A stretch of DNA of 64,000 nt from an uncultured Bacillota bacterium (GCA_949283775.1 CASDTU010000026.1:668-64667), one strand, 5' to 3'; positions 16,301 through 25,687 are shown, numbered from the stretch's first letter. Notes: generated by a model from the sequence alone, not told the origin. Numbers and translations are program-made.

Positions 16301-17756
16301 CGTCAAACGAAACCTGCTCCGCAGCCGGACAGGCAGCGATTGCAATCTCAATTCCAAACAGCGACAGCTCCGCGCTCAGATCGTTCCAAACGACCGTATT
16401 TTCCGATTCCGTAAAGGAAAAACGCAGCGGAATATCCACCCCCATCAGCGCGAGGTCGCAGGCAATTGTGACCCGATCGCCGTCTTTGACCGGCTCTATG
16501 CCCTCAAATGCGCCTGCCAGGCTATCCATATCCGGCAGTGAACTTTCCCCATCGGAAGGCAGCAGCCCCGTCAGATCGGAAAGGGCGATCTTGCCGATAA
16601 AATCTTTATATTGAACGATGACGGCGCTTCCGGAATAGGCAACGTTCAAATCCCCGAGACGCACCTGCAAAGCGGAAAGCTGCATCTCCTGCATTTTTAA
16701 CAGCACCGCGCCGCAGATCGGCTCGCCCGCCAGCGTCCCGTTTACCTGCAATACGCTTTCGCCGTTTAAAACGGACGCAAACCCTTTACTCAGATAATCG
16801 ATCGCCGTAAGGTCTTCTTGTACGCCGCCCGTCGCCGCGGCGTCGGCGTATTTTGAAAAATATGTATCATACGCCGAAACGTCTATTTTTTCCTCTTCAT
16901 AGTAAAAGTTTATTTCCGAAGAGCCTTCGCACTTCGCATCGACGCCCTTTTTCGACGTATACTTCTCTTGGATCTCTACTTTGTTTACCGTCCAATCCGC
17001 GGCAAAGCGAAAGGTCATTTCCACGGAGGAAAATACGGGCGATTCGTCCAGATTTCCCATCGTGACCATCTGCTTTTTATAATAATACGTCGATTCGTTG
17101 GGTTCCAAAGAAACGGAAAGAACATACTCGCCGCCTTCCTGACTCAATTCGGAGGCAGACAGAAACGTCTCCTCGTTGGTGACATAATCGGAAAACTCCG
17201 TCGCAGGAAGCCCGTATTTTTCCTGCCCCTGCTGCAACGTCAAAATTTCGGAAGGCGCGCCCGTAGACCATTCCACGTCTCCCTTTTCCCAATCCTTTTT
17301 ATCGTTGACTGCCGAACGGACCACCATCGTATCCGCACCGAAAAATTTCTGAATGGCCTTCGAAGGCGCAAACGGATTGCTGCTGATACTCACCGAAGAC
17401 GCCAGCATGATCCCGTCGCTGTAATCCTTCCAGCCGTAAACCGACTGATTCGCCTTGATAAATCCGACCGTCGCTATGACAGTCCCTTCGTTTTCCGTAT
17501 GATACGCATCCCTTCCCGACAATCTGCCGATAAGGAAGCCGACATTGTTCAGCGCGTCATAATTTTCCGGCGTTGTCCCGTCCGTCGGAGGCGCCAGGCA
17601 AATATTGACGCTGTCCGCAGGCTTTACCGAAGCGCGCGGATCTTCTTCGTGCGAAAACGCATACAGCACGATCAGCACGATCGCCGCGATCAAGACGGCC
17701 GCCAGCCCGATTGCTATTACTTTTTTATTTTTCAGTTTTTCAACCGATACTTTCAT
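13353..17756 (-). CDS. Giant signal-anchored protein of unknown function (1467 aa)
   Basis: One uninterrupted ORF with AGGTGA 5 nt before the ATG. The N-terminus MKVSVEKLKNKK + VIAIGLAAVLIAAIVLIVLYAF is a Lys-rich, N-in signal anchor. The remainder is acidic and beta-strand-like, with no motif I recognise. Confidence 0.85.
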   Translation of the reverse strand: MKVSVEKLKNKKVIAIGLAAVLIAAIVLIVLYAFSHEEDPRASVKPADSVNICLAPPTDGTTPENYDALNNVGFLIGRLSGRDAYHTENEGTVIATVGFIKANQSVYGWKDYSDGIMLASSVSISSNPFAPSKAIQKFFGADTMVVRSAVNDKKDWEKGDVEWSTGAPSEILTLQQGQEKYGLPATEFSDYVTNEETFLSASELSQEGGEYVLSVSLEPNESTYYYKKQMVTMGNLDESPVFSSVEMTFRFAADWTVNKVEIQEKYTSKKGVDAKCEGSSEINFYYEEEKIDVSAYDTYFSKYADAAATGGVQEDLTAIDYLSKGFASVLNGESVLQVNGTLAGEPICGAVLLKMQEMQLSALQVRLGDLNVAYSGSAVIVQYKDFIGKIALSDLTGLLPSDGESSLPDMDSLAGAFEGIEPVKDGDRVTIACDLALMGVDIPLRFSFTESENTVVWNDLSAELSLFGIEIAIAACPAAEQVSFDAIDETKAVDLLPYILSLQELLGSESYGWELAAPEIGLTINGKLAADVADPFSVYGEALIQYGTIRLPVAFALKGETVYLEIFQARIKSTLSELQSDLVEIGLTLPELSGTEVELSKIIAFVVGIDFDDVLSGLSLTEKEFALKINGDALLESLKPLLNINGIALGELEAKYNKDEQTFAFSAAGAQMRFGGSEDTVKDITGEGDFLSAGDFLQFVAPVRDLIEKKDIGFKLNGTMQAAGETLTLALSGEIRFFDGLWLYLGGNVNGVRFQVLYDGKEVALEIGGYGLRLKETDLDSLSDTLTKIINETQAKGDNKAALLLFSSEGLDLAGFIESLRLAAAEGGALKISMDLSKLLQSEKTGEVTIELSTDGTAITVRTDKLSVSGAELVGIDVTIFAADGSFVPDFSDAKECGTIFELAMNLYETIAGTQYIGLSMGYSSAEMSVALEGRIQLEKNEQISDTSDAIVPNVILNLDFAAQIDTFAEDGSAQDSHYIHLIVLRDQLYVSYSVLAMDADTALRVTMPIKELFAVGETVLPILSPLLWPQGNPYYYDFVTAILSGGYDTINSSIFGVMDTDAWLNLVLGIFREYASAESDVKAVLPEGAAQFGIGEDGNYCLKIGDLSVAGGGSIRLSLTALKETNAIQPDLTKTYTDISSVGTLLQDVLSAYKYSKDGGYLLSGTLTMSVASIKDIPIDIEIRVGYDEAEELCVYIRTFVKKTTMVFVPIISADTVTEIVIKGGSVYMLRNVLQGDPVSSQDLYYKYTGSGWFGTVNYYDVTSLLTYRASGTSEYRVMTLDSFLGGDTAALMEHLYFILNLSSSAKDIIDYAIKNTGGGSDGQKYDAGQMVGSYGFSENVYSVSLNMGAIVSSDALGALTLNIARTPSADGEAYDLTRLSGDLQIVSAIKINFDISQPSPGSDAMTDEYCDKILDLLAQDGVTVPDKEYSSGTASGVYEWQLVQTVQREKKASGDNWNKGEGSLV

Positions 17757-17886
17757 AAATCACCTGTTGTCATACTATTTTGTGACAAAACCATTATACC
17801 AACTTAAAATTAAGATGTCAAATGAATCATAAGAAAATATGACATTGCATTACTCTGCCGTATAGATCCGTTTCGCCGCAAGCAAA

Positions 17887-17930
17887 AAGAAGCCAAAAAA
17901 GAGCAAAAAAACGCTCTTTTTTGGCTTCTT
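17887..17930 (-). terminator. Perfect 18-bp inverted repeat hairpin (probable terminator of the symporter gene)
   Basis: aagaagccaaaaaagagc (17887-17904) and gctcttttttggcttctt (17913-17930) are exact reverse complements. The stem is A/T-rich. It lies about 140 nt after the stop at 18066. Confidence 0.45.
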
Positions 17931-18065
17931 GCCTCTCTTTTTTGACATTTTTGCCGATATTTTACAGAACAAATGGAAAAAATTCCCGTTTGTAACGCAT
18001 AAAGATCGGCGATTTCTCCGAAAACAAACGGCAAAACCGTATGCGCCGAAATCATTTTACAGAAT

Positions 18066-19727
18066 TTATAGCTTGCTTTCTCCGTCTTCGCCCTCTGTAT
18101 ATTCATCCTCGGAAGGGACCGTCCGCGCAGGGACCGACGTACTTTCGCTGTGCTTTGTCATATACCCTTCCACCGCGGTCTCCACCGCTTCCGACAGCTG
18201 CGCAAACGGACGGAACAGCGTGGAAAGTTTCTCCTGATCGGGCTTTTTGGTAAACAGCGATACGACGGGAACGATGATAAATCCTGCGATCATCGTCCAT
18301 GCCCCGACGTAAATCGAGGAACTGAACAAATATTTGTATAAAAATGAATTTATAAACGACGCCGGCAAGGAAGCGGAACACAGCGAAAGCACCAGCGAAA
18401 CCAGGCTGATCGCAACGCCGAAAACAAAGCAGGTCCAACACGCCGCCTTTGTCGTCTTTTTCCAATACAGGCTCAGAAGATACGGCGCCAAAAACGCGCC
18501 TGCGAGCGCTCCCCAGCTGACTCCCATCATCTGCGCGATAAAGGATAATTTATATGCGTCATAGACGATCGCGATCACCGCGCTGATGACGATAAACACC
18601 GCAACGAATGTGCGGATCAAGAGCATCTGACTCTTATGGCTCAAATCCTTTTTTACGCTGCCGCGGATCAGATCCAGCGTGATCGTGGAGCTGGAACTCA
18701 TGACCAAAGACGACAGAGTGCTCATCGACGCGGATACCACCAATACCAAAACGAGCGCGATCAGGATCGGCGGCAGGCTCTCTTGCAGCATCGCGGGAAT
18801 GATCTCGTCGTATGCGGGACTTTCGTCAAACACGAACGATCTGCCGAATCCGCCCAAGAAATAGCATCCGCCCGCCACGACCAGCGCAAAGACCGTGCTG
18901 ACAATCATTCCGGTACGCACGGAACTCTCGCTTTTCAGCGCATAAAATTTCTGCACCATCTGCGGCAATCCCCACGTTCCTAAACTCGTCAATATCACGA
19001 CCATGATCAAACCGTACAGATCGGGGCCGAAAAAGGATGTATAGGCGCCCTGCATATTCCCGGAAGGAATCTGCGACAGCTCTTCCAATGCGGAATATAA
19101 ACCGCCTTGATTCAACAAAACCGCCGCAACGACCGCTACAATTCCGAACAGCATGATGATCCCCTGCACAAAATCGTTCCACACCGTCGCCATATATCCG
19201 CCCACCAGCACGTAGGCCGCCGTAACGAGCGCCATGATCAGAATACAGACCCAATACGGGATCGCAAACGCCATCGCAAACAAACTTCCGAGCCCTTTAT
19301 ACAGCGACGCCGTATACGGAATCAAAAAGATGAATACGATGATCGACGCCGCGATCTTTAAACGGTTGTCCGAAAAACGTTTCCCGAAATAGTCCGGCAT
19401 TGTCGCCGAATCCAACTGCTGCGTCATCACGCGCGTGCGCCGGCCCAAAACCGCCCATGCAAGGAGCGACCCGATCACCGCGTTGCCGATTCCGATCCAC
19501 GTCGCCGCTACGCCGAAATTCCAACCGAATTGCCCTGCATACCCGATAAATATAACCGCAGAAAAATATGACGTTCCGTACGCAAACGCCGAAAGCCAAG
19601 GGCCGACCGACCTTCCCCCCAGCACAAACCCCTGCACCGACCTGGAAGATCGGCTGTTTTTTATGCCGATCCATATCATGATCGCAAAGTAGACAACCAG
19701 AATGCCTATGTACAATGCAACTTCCAT
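18066..19727 (-). CDS. Sodium:solute symporter family (SSS) transporter
   Basis: Start trimmed to the ATG at 19725-19727 (MEVALYIGILVVYF...). It is polytopic with the SSS-like N-terminal pattern GGRSVGPWLSAFAYGTSYFSA. It carries an acidic roughly 60-aa C-terminal tail. Confidence 0.8.
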   Translation of the reverse strand: MEVALYIGILVVYFAIMIWIGIKNSRSSRSVQGFVLGGRSVGPWLSAFAYGTSYFSAVIFIGYAGQFGWNFGVAATWIGIGNAVIGSLLAWAVLGRRTRVMTQQLDSATMPDYFGKRFSDNRLKIAASIIVFIFLIPYTASLYKGLGSLFAMAFAIPYWVCILIMALVTAAYVLVGGYMATVWNDFVQGIIMLFGIVAVVAAVLLNQGGLYSALEELSQIPSGNMQGAYTSFFGPDLYGLIMVVILTSLGTWGLPQMVQKFYALKSESSVRTGMIVSTVFALVVAGGCYFLGGFGRSFVFDESPAYDEIIPAMLQESLPPILIALVLVLVVSASMSTLSSLVMSSSSTITLDLIRGSVKKDLSHKSQMLLIRTFVAVFIVISAVIAIVYDAYKLSFIAQMMGVSWGALAGAFLAPYLLSLYWKKTTKAACWTCFVFGVAISLVSLVLSLCSASLPASFINSFLYKYLFSSSIYVGAWTMIAGFIIVPVVSLFTKKPDQEKLSTLFRPFAQLSEAVETAVEGYMTKHSESTSVPARTVPSEDEYTEGEDGESKL

Positions 19728-19890
19728 TCTTTCTTTACACCTCACTGCTCCAGCCGCTCTTTCTGAGTTGGAATATTTATACATTTATAAGTATAATTAT
19801 ACATTCCTTTTTTCTCTTTGTCAATCTTTTCTTCTTATAAATGCCAAAAGCGTTCTGAAAAATTTCATTTTCAAAACGGATCGACACCTT

Positions 19891-21207
19891 CTAATAACAT
19901 TTCTTCATGATTTTTACTGCGAAGGGAGGGAGATAAATGTCGTTTAAATTCCGCCTTTCGCCTGTTAAAAGATCGACGCCCTCCGCCTCTTCCACGCGCA
20001 CGGTAACGTCGGCATCCGAAATATTAAAGGCGCAGTAGATCCGCTCTCCGTCCAGCTCTCTGCAATAGCAAAGATACTTGTTGGACAGGACCTTTTTTTC
20101 ATATTGTCCGAAATTAAGAGCCTTTTCCCGCCGTTTGATCGCGTTCAGTTTACAGATAAAGTCGGTCAGAGTAGGATCTTTCTTCGGATCCAGATCGCCG
20201 ATATACGGGCGGAGCATATAATCCCCGTCCGATTTATCCCCCTCTGCCGCCCACTGCGACCCGTAATACACGCAGGGAATCCCCGGCATCGTATACAAGA
20301 CTCCGTACATGGCATAGATTTTCCGCTTGTCCTGCAAAGCGGTATAGGCGCGGATCACGTCGTGATTGTCCGCGAAATTGAAAAGATGCTTGCCCGTATA
20401 CAGGCACCACGGCTCTTTTCCGAAAAGCCGCGTCAGGGAATGCTCGATCTCAAAAAAATTGTCGCTGTTGAGCGCGGACGTGAGCCCCTTGTAACACTCG
20501 TAGTTCGTGATCGAATCCAGACGCTCGGCTGAAAGATTTTTTGCAAAATTCTGACAGTGGATCACTTCCCCCATCAAAAAGAAATCCTGCCTCTTTTCGC
20601 GCACGATCCGACGCAGATATTCAAAAAACCATTCGGGCAGGAGATAGCTCACGTCCAGCCGCAGCCCGTCGATGTGAAAGGTATCGATCCAGAATTCCAC
20701 CGCACGGCGAATATATTCCAACACTCCTTCGTTTTGCAAATTTAATTTCACAAGCTCCATGTGCCCTTCCCAGCCTTCGTACCAAAGTCCGTCGTTATAA
20801 CACGTATTGCCGCCGAAGGAAATATGGAACCACCCCGTTTTATCGCTTTGCTCTCTCTTGGAAAGCACGTCCTGAAAGGCAAAAAATTTGCGCCCGACAT
20901 GGTTGAACACCCCGTCCAGCACCACGCGGATCCCCGCTTCGTGAAATTTTTCCACAAGGCGCCGAAAATCTTCGTTGTCCCCCAGCCGCCTGTCTACCTG
21001 AAAAAAGTCGACCGTATCGTACCCGTGCCGCTCGCTCTCAAACAGCGGATTCAAAAGCACCGCATTGAACCCCTCCGCCTGTATCTGCGGAATGCGCTTT
21101 TCGATCTCGCCGAATCTGTGCCGCGTTTCGCCGAAATCGTTCTCCCGCTCCGCGCCGCAATATCCCAACGGATAAATCTGATAAAATGTACTCTCTTCAA
21201 ACCACAT
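19891..21207 (-). CDS. GH13 alpha-amylase-family glycoside hydrolase (intracellular, no signal peptide)
   Basis: Contains FYQIYP, VLDGVFNHVG (region I), GLRLDV (region II, nucleophile Asp), FLMGEV (region III) and FADNHD (region IV). Confidence 0.85.
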   Translation of the reverse strand: MWFEESTFYQIYPLGYCGAERENDFGETRHRFGEIEKRIPQIQAEGFNAVLLNPLFESERHGYDTVDFFQVDRRLGDNEDFRRLVEKFHEAGIRVVLDGVFNHVGRKFFAFQDVLSKREQSDKTGWFHISFGGNTCYNDGLWYEGWEGHMELVKLNLQNEGVLEYIRRAVEFWIDTFHIDGLRLDVSYLLPEWFFEYLRRIVREKRQDFFLMGEVIHCQNFAKNLSAERLDSITNYECYKGLTSALNSDNFFEIEHSLTRLFGKEPWCLYTGKHLFNFADNHDVIRAYTALQDKRKIYAMYGVLYTMPGIPCVYYGSQWAAEGDKSDGDYMLRPYIGDLDPKKDPTLTDFICKLNAIKRREKALNFGQYEKKVLSNKYLCYCRELDGERIYCAFNISDADVTVRVEEAEGVDLLTGERRNLNDIYLPPFAVKIMKKCY

Positions 21208-21448
21208 ATACGTCTTTCTCCTGCCTTTCTCCTCTTACGGTCTTCCTCGATCGGTATCGAAAATTACTGCTTTTTTCTTTGACCGTTTGTAAATTTTTAT
21301 ACCCGGCTTCTTCCGTTTTCTGCCTTTGTTCCGCTCTGTTTGACCCATAAACGACCGCCGCGCAGAATCGCCACCGCGCGCGAAGCAAACGGGCGGCTCG
21401 ATCGAACCGCCCGCATTTACACTTTTTCAGCCAGAACTTTCCCGCCGC

Positions 21449-21560
21449 AAAAATCTCTGCGTTGAAACTTTTCAAAAGACTCTTTTTTGTCTCAAAAAAA
21501 TCTCTGCGCCGAAACTTTTCAAAAGATCGTTGCATTCAGACTTTTAAAAGATTCTTTGCG
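21449..21560. repeat. Approximately 47-bp tandem repeat carrying three palindromic CTTTT(N)AAAAG boxes
   Basis: aaaaatctctgcgYYgaaacttttcaaaaga occurs at 21449 and 21494. The palindromic cores are at 21468-21478, 21515-21525 and 21541-21550. Confidence 0.7.
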
Positions 21561-21567
21561 TTTTGAC

Positions 21568-21990
21568 TCAGAGTATTTTTTCCGACAAAAGTTTGATGCC
21601 CTTCTTTTCCAGCAGCGCGACAGCTCGGTCGGTATCCTCCACGCGCATCAGAATTTTTGCCGTGTTGTGATTGGTCAGTACAAAGGAATACAGATATTCG
21701 ATATTCATGTTTGCCTCTTCCATCAACGCGACCACTTCCGCCAAAGCGTTGGGCTTATCGTCCACTTCCACGCCGATCAGCTCGGTGATTCCGACCGTGA
21801 ATCCTTCTTTTTTCAAGATCTCGTACGCCTTTTCGTTGTCGCGCGCGATAAAGCGTACAATACCGAAATCCTTCGTATCCGCGATAGAGAGCGTTACAAA
21901 ATCGATGCCTTCTTTTCCCAATGCGTGGGTGAGTTTATACAGCCTTCCCGGTCTGTTCTCCATAAAGACAGACAATTGCTTTACCAACAT
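21568..21990 (-). CDS. ACT domain-containing protein (tandem ACT)
   Basis: 140 aa. MLVKQLSVFMENRPGRLYKLTHALGKEGI is a typical ACT beta-alpha-beta start, and a second copy is present (VEVDDKPNALAEVVALMEEANMNI). It is the last gene of the paaK/ior cluster. Confidence 0.8.
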   Translation of the reverse strand: MLVKQLSVFMENRPGRLYKLTHALGKEGIDFVTLSIADTKDFGIVRFIARDNEKAYEILKKEGFTVGITELIGVEVDDKPNALAEVVALMEEANMNIEYLYSFVLTNHNTAKILMRVEDTDRAVALLEKKGIKLLSEKIL

Positions 21991-22013
21991 AGTTTCTTCC
22001 TCCTTATCCGAAA

Positions 22014-23330
22014 TTATTCTCTTCTGTCCACTACGCGGACGGCTTTTCCTTCACTGCGCTTGATGGAACCGCTCTCGCATAATTTGATCTTTGCGCTCAC
22101 TCCGATATAGGAATTGACTTCCGTCTCCACCTTCTTCTTGATGGATTCCAGATCGGATACTTTATCCGGCGTCAGATCGCCCGCGAGTTCGATGTCGATC
22201 TCCATGACGTCGAGATTGTTGATGCGATCCACATAGATCATGTAATGCGGCGATACGCCCGCGACGTTCATGATCGCGGCTTCGATCTGTGAAGGGAATA
22301 CGTTGACTCCGCGGATAATGAGCATATCGTCCGAACGGCCCTTGACCTTGCCCATCTTGACCGTCGTTCTGCCGCAGGCACACTTTTCGTTGGATAATAC
22401 GCACAGATCGCGCGTGCGGTAACGGATCAACGGCTGGCCCGTCTTGGTGATTGTCGTGAAGACAAGTTCTCCCTCGCTTCCGAAAGGCAGCGGCTCCAGT
22501 GTTTCAGGGTCGATAATTTCCGGAATAAAATGGTCTTCCTGCACGTGGCTGCCGTGCTTTTGCAGGCATTCCATCGCGACGCCCGGCCCGCAAATTTCCG
22601 AAAGCCCGTAAATATCCAGAGCGTCGATGCCCAGCGTCTTTTCGATCTCGTCGCGCATCTGATACGTCCAAGGCTCCGCGCCGAATGCGCCGCCGACCAG
22701 GGAAAAATCCTTGATGTCCATGCCCGCTTTTTTGATTTCCGTACCCAAAAAGATCGCATACGAAGGCGTACAGCAAAGGTGCGTCGCGCCGAAATCGCGC
22801 ATCAGCGTGAGCTGCCGAATGGTGTTTCCCGCGCTCGCCGGCACAGTGGACGCGCCGATCTTCTGCGCGCCGTAATGCGCGCCCAGCCCGCCCGTAAACA
22901 ATCCGTAACCGTATGCGACATGCACCATCGAATCCTTCGTAACTCCCGCCATCGACAGTCCGCGCGCAACGATTTCCGACCATACGTCTATATCGTTTTT
23001 TGTATAGCCTACAACCGTCAGCTTTCCCGTCGTGCCGCTCGACGCATGCACTTCTACGATCTCGCTCGCCGGAGATGAATAAAACCCGAACGGGTATGCT
23101 TCCCGAAGGTCGTGCTTGACCGTAAAGGGAAGTTTGCAAAGGTCGGACACCGAACGGATATCGGACGGCTTTAACTTCAATTCATCCATTTTTGCGCGAT
23201 ACGGTTTGCAGTTGTTGTACACAAGCTCGACCGTCTTGCGCAAACGTTCGCTCTGCAGATTTTCCATTTCCGAGCGGCTCATGCACTCAAACTCGGGATT
23301 ATAAATATGATCTTTCACTTTTCCGGACAT
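22014..23330 (-). CDS. paaK: Phenylacetate-CoA ligase family adenylate-forming enzyme (copy 1)
   Basis: Start trimmed to the ATG at 23328-23330. Contains HASSGTTGK (P-loop), YGLSE and the RYRTRD...GRSDDMLIIRGVNVFPSQIE motifs typical of PaaK. Confidence 0.88.
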   Translation of the reverse strand: MSGKVKDHIYNPEFECMSRSEMENLQSERLRKTVELVYNNCKPYRAKMDELKLKPSDIRSVSDLCKLPFTVKHDLREAYPFGFYSSPASEIVEVHASSGTTGKLTVVGYTKNDIDVWSEIVARGLSMAGVTKDSMVHVAYGYGLFTGGLGAHYGAQKIGASTVPASAGNTIRQLTLMRDFGATHLCCTPSYAIFLGTEIKKAGMDIKDFSLVGGAFGAEPWTYQMRDEIEKTLGIDALDIYGLSEICGPGVAMECLQKHGSHVQEDHFIPEIIDPETLEPLPFGSEGELVFTTITKTGQPLIRYRTRDLCVLSNEKCACGRTTVKMGKVKGRSDDMLIIRGVNVFPSQIEAAIMNVAGVSPHYMIYVDRINNLDVMEIDIELAGDLTPDKVSDLESIKKKVETEVNSYIGVSAKIKLCESGSIKRSEGKAVRVVDRRE

Positions 23331-23364
23331 ATGTTTTTCCTTCTTTGTCAAATTATACGTCAAA

Positions 23365-23916
23365 TTATACGGCGGCATAGCCTAGCTCAAACGCCGTTTT
23401 GTTCATTTCGATTGTCTTTTGCGGTATGCTCGCAAGGAGCGCCTCTTCAAACTTCGCCCTGTCAAAACCGAGCTTTTTGCACAGCGCACCCAGCATGACT
23501 GAATTCGCCGCCTTTGCGTTGCCCGCTTTCAAAGCGAGCGCGAGCGCGTCCACGCCCGTGCCGCGAAGTTTTTCTTCGATCCCCTGCGGATACTCCGCCG
23601 CGCCCGTTACAACCGGCATCGGCATAATCTCTTGCGTGGAATACAAAATTTCCCCGTCTGCCTTTAAATAGTGCGCATAGCGGAGCGCTTCCAGCTTTTC
23701 AAACGCCAAAATAAAATCGGCACACCCCTCGTCGATGATCGGAGAAGCTATTTTCTGCCCGATACGGACATACGTCATCACGCTGCCGCCGCGCTGCGCC
23801 ATTCCGTGCACCTCGCTCAGCTTTACGTCGAATCCGTTGTCCAATGCGTATTTCCCAAGTACGCGGCTGGCGAGCAACGTGCCCTGTCCGCCTACGCCCA
23901 CGATCAATATATCCAT
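23365..23916 (-). CDS. iorB: Indolepyruvate:ferredoxin oxidoreductase, beta subunit
   Basis: 183 aa. MDILIVGVGGQGTLLASR...SEVHGMAQRGGSV is the pyruvate/ketoisovalerate oxidoreductase gamma-type fold. It directly follows iorA with a 1-nt gap. Confidence 0.88.
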   Translation of the reverse strand: MDILIVGVGGQGTLLASRVLGKYALDNGFDVKLSEVHGMAQRGGSVMTYVRIGQKIASPIIDEGCADFILAFEKLEALRYAHYLKADGEILYSTQEIMPMPVVTGAAEYPQGIEEKLRGTGVDALALALKAGNAKAANSVMLGALCKKLGFDRAKFEEALLASIPQKTIEMNKTAFELGYAAV

Positions 23917-23917
23917 C

Positions 23918-25636
23918 TTACTTTACCTCCCCTTCGATCGCACCGAATTTGCATACGTTCTGGCAAAGGCCGCATTCCGTACAGAGCGATACGTCGATCG
24001 TAATTCCGTCTTTTCCGTTCACGATCGCAGGACAACCGAGCTTCAAGCACGCCTTACATTTCTTGCATTTCTCCGTGATGCGGAATCCGCTGTACAATCT
24101 CTTCGTGAGCAATGCGCAAGGTCTCTTTGCGATGATGACCGATACTTCGTCGCGGCCAAGCTCCTCTTTTACCGCCGCTTCTAAGGCGGAGAGGTTGTTC
24201 GGATCCACCGTGCGGACACGCTGCACGCCGACGGCACGGCATACCTCTTCTAAGTTCAGCTCATAGGTAGGTTCGTTTTTGATCGTCTTGCCGGTCGCGG
24301 GGTGATTCTGATGCCCCGTCATGCCCGTCGTACGATTGTCCAAAATCAAAACCGTGATCTTCGCCTTATTATACACCGCATCGATCAGCCCCGTAATGCC
24401 GCTATGAATAAAGGTGGAGTCGCCGATGACCGCCACGGAATGTTTATGCGCTTCCGGATCTGCTTTATCAAATCCGATCGTCATTCCGATGCTTGCGCCC
24501 ATGCAGACGACCGCATCCATCGAACCCAGCGGCGGCACTGCGCCCAATGTATAACAGCCGATATCGCCCAAAACATTCAGTTTTAATTTAGACAAAACAT
24601 AAAATACGCCGCGGTGCGGACAGCCTGCGCAAAGTACCGGAGGACGCGCCGGAATATTGGCCGGCACCGTTTCCCTCTTTTCACCCAGCACGCAGGAACG
24701 GATCAGATTTGCGGAAAATTCGCCGCACAGCGGAAAAATATTCTTTCCTTCCACGGATATGCCCGCCGCCTTGATCATCGTTTCCAGATGCGGCGCAAGC
24801 TCTTCCGCCACGATGCAGCGCTTTACGCTCTTTGCAAACTTTGCGATCAGATCGAACGGCAGCGGATAGACCATCCCGAGTTTCAATACGCTCGCGTCGG
24901 GCAACGCTTCTTTTACATATTGATAGACGCCGCCCGCACAGATGATGCCGAGATCCTTGCCGCCCTCTTCGATGCGGTTGATCGCAAAGGAATTGGAATC
25001 TTCCGATAATTTTTTCGTTCTCTCCTCCACGACTACGTGCTTTACGCGCGCATTCGCAGGCATCATGACATATTTTGAAATATTCCTTTCGTACGGTTTC
25101 ACTTCCGCTTGCACGCGATCGCAAAGCTCGACCAAACTCTGAGAATGCGCCACTCTTGTCGTTACACGCAAGATGATCGGCGTATCGTATTTTTCGGAAA
25201 GCTCAAACGCGAGTTTTGTAAAATCCTTTGCCTCCGCGCTGTCCGACGGTTCCAAAACCGGCACCTTCGCGCTCACCGCCGTGAGCCGCGTATCCTGTTC
25301 GTTCTGCGAACTGAAAACGGACGGGTCGTCCGCCACAGCGATCACCAAACCTCCGTTTACGCCCGTATACGACGCCGTAAACAGCGGATCGCAGGCCACG
25401 TTCAAACCGACGTGTTTCATCGAAACGATCGCGCGCGCGCCGCGGATCGATGCGCCGATCCCCACTTCCAGCGCCACTTTTTCGTTCGGCGACCATTCGC
25501 TGTAAACGTCGTCATAGCGCGCAAGTTCCTCCGTTATTTCCGTAGACGGCGTTCCGGGATAGGCGGACGCGACCGATACCCCCGCTTCCCACGCGCCGCG
25601 CGCTACGGCAAAATCTCCCAACAGCAATTTCTTCAT
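23918..25636 (-). CDS. iorA: Indolepyruvate:ferredoxin oxidoreductase, alpha subunit (TPP-binding, 2x[4Fe-4S])
   Basis: Start trimmed to the ATG at 25634-25636 (MKKLLLGDFAVARGAWEAG). Contains the GDSTFIHSG TPP motif and C-terminal CKKCKACLKLGCP / CTECGLCQNVC clusters. Confidence 0.9.
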   Translation of the reverse strand: MKKLLLGDFAVARGAWEAGVSVASAYPGTPSTEITEELARYDDVYSEWSPNEKVALEVGIGASIRGARAIVSMKHVGLNVACDPLFTASYTGVNGGLVIAVADDPSVFSSQNEQDTRLTAVSAKVPVLEPSDSAEAKDFTKLAFELSEKYDTPIILRVTTRVAHSQSLVELCDRVQAEVKPYERNISKYVMMPANARVKHVVVEERTKKLSEDSNSFAINRIEEGGKDLGIICAGGVYQYVKEALPDASVLKLGMVYPLPFDLIAKFAKSVKRCIVAEELAPHLETMIKAAGISVEGKNIFPLCGEFSANLIRSCVLGEKRETVPANIPARPPVLCAGCPHRGVFYVLSKLKLNVLGDIGCYTLGAVPPLGSMDAVVCMGASIGMTIGFDKADPEAHKHSVAVIGDSTFIHSGITGLIDAVYNKAKITVLILDNRTTGMTGHQNHPATGKTIKNEPTYELNLEEVCRAVGVQRVRTVDPNNLSALEAAVKEELGRDEVSVIIAKRPCALLTKRLYSGFRITEKCKKCKACLKLGCPAIVNGKDGITIDVSLCTECGLCQNVCKFGAIEGEVK

Positions 25637-25687
25637 TCTGTACCTCCGTATGTTCAACCGTTCCGCCCTTGCAGCGGAACCCGTCCG

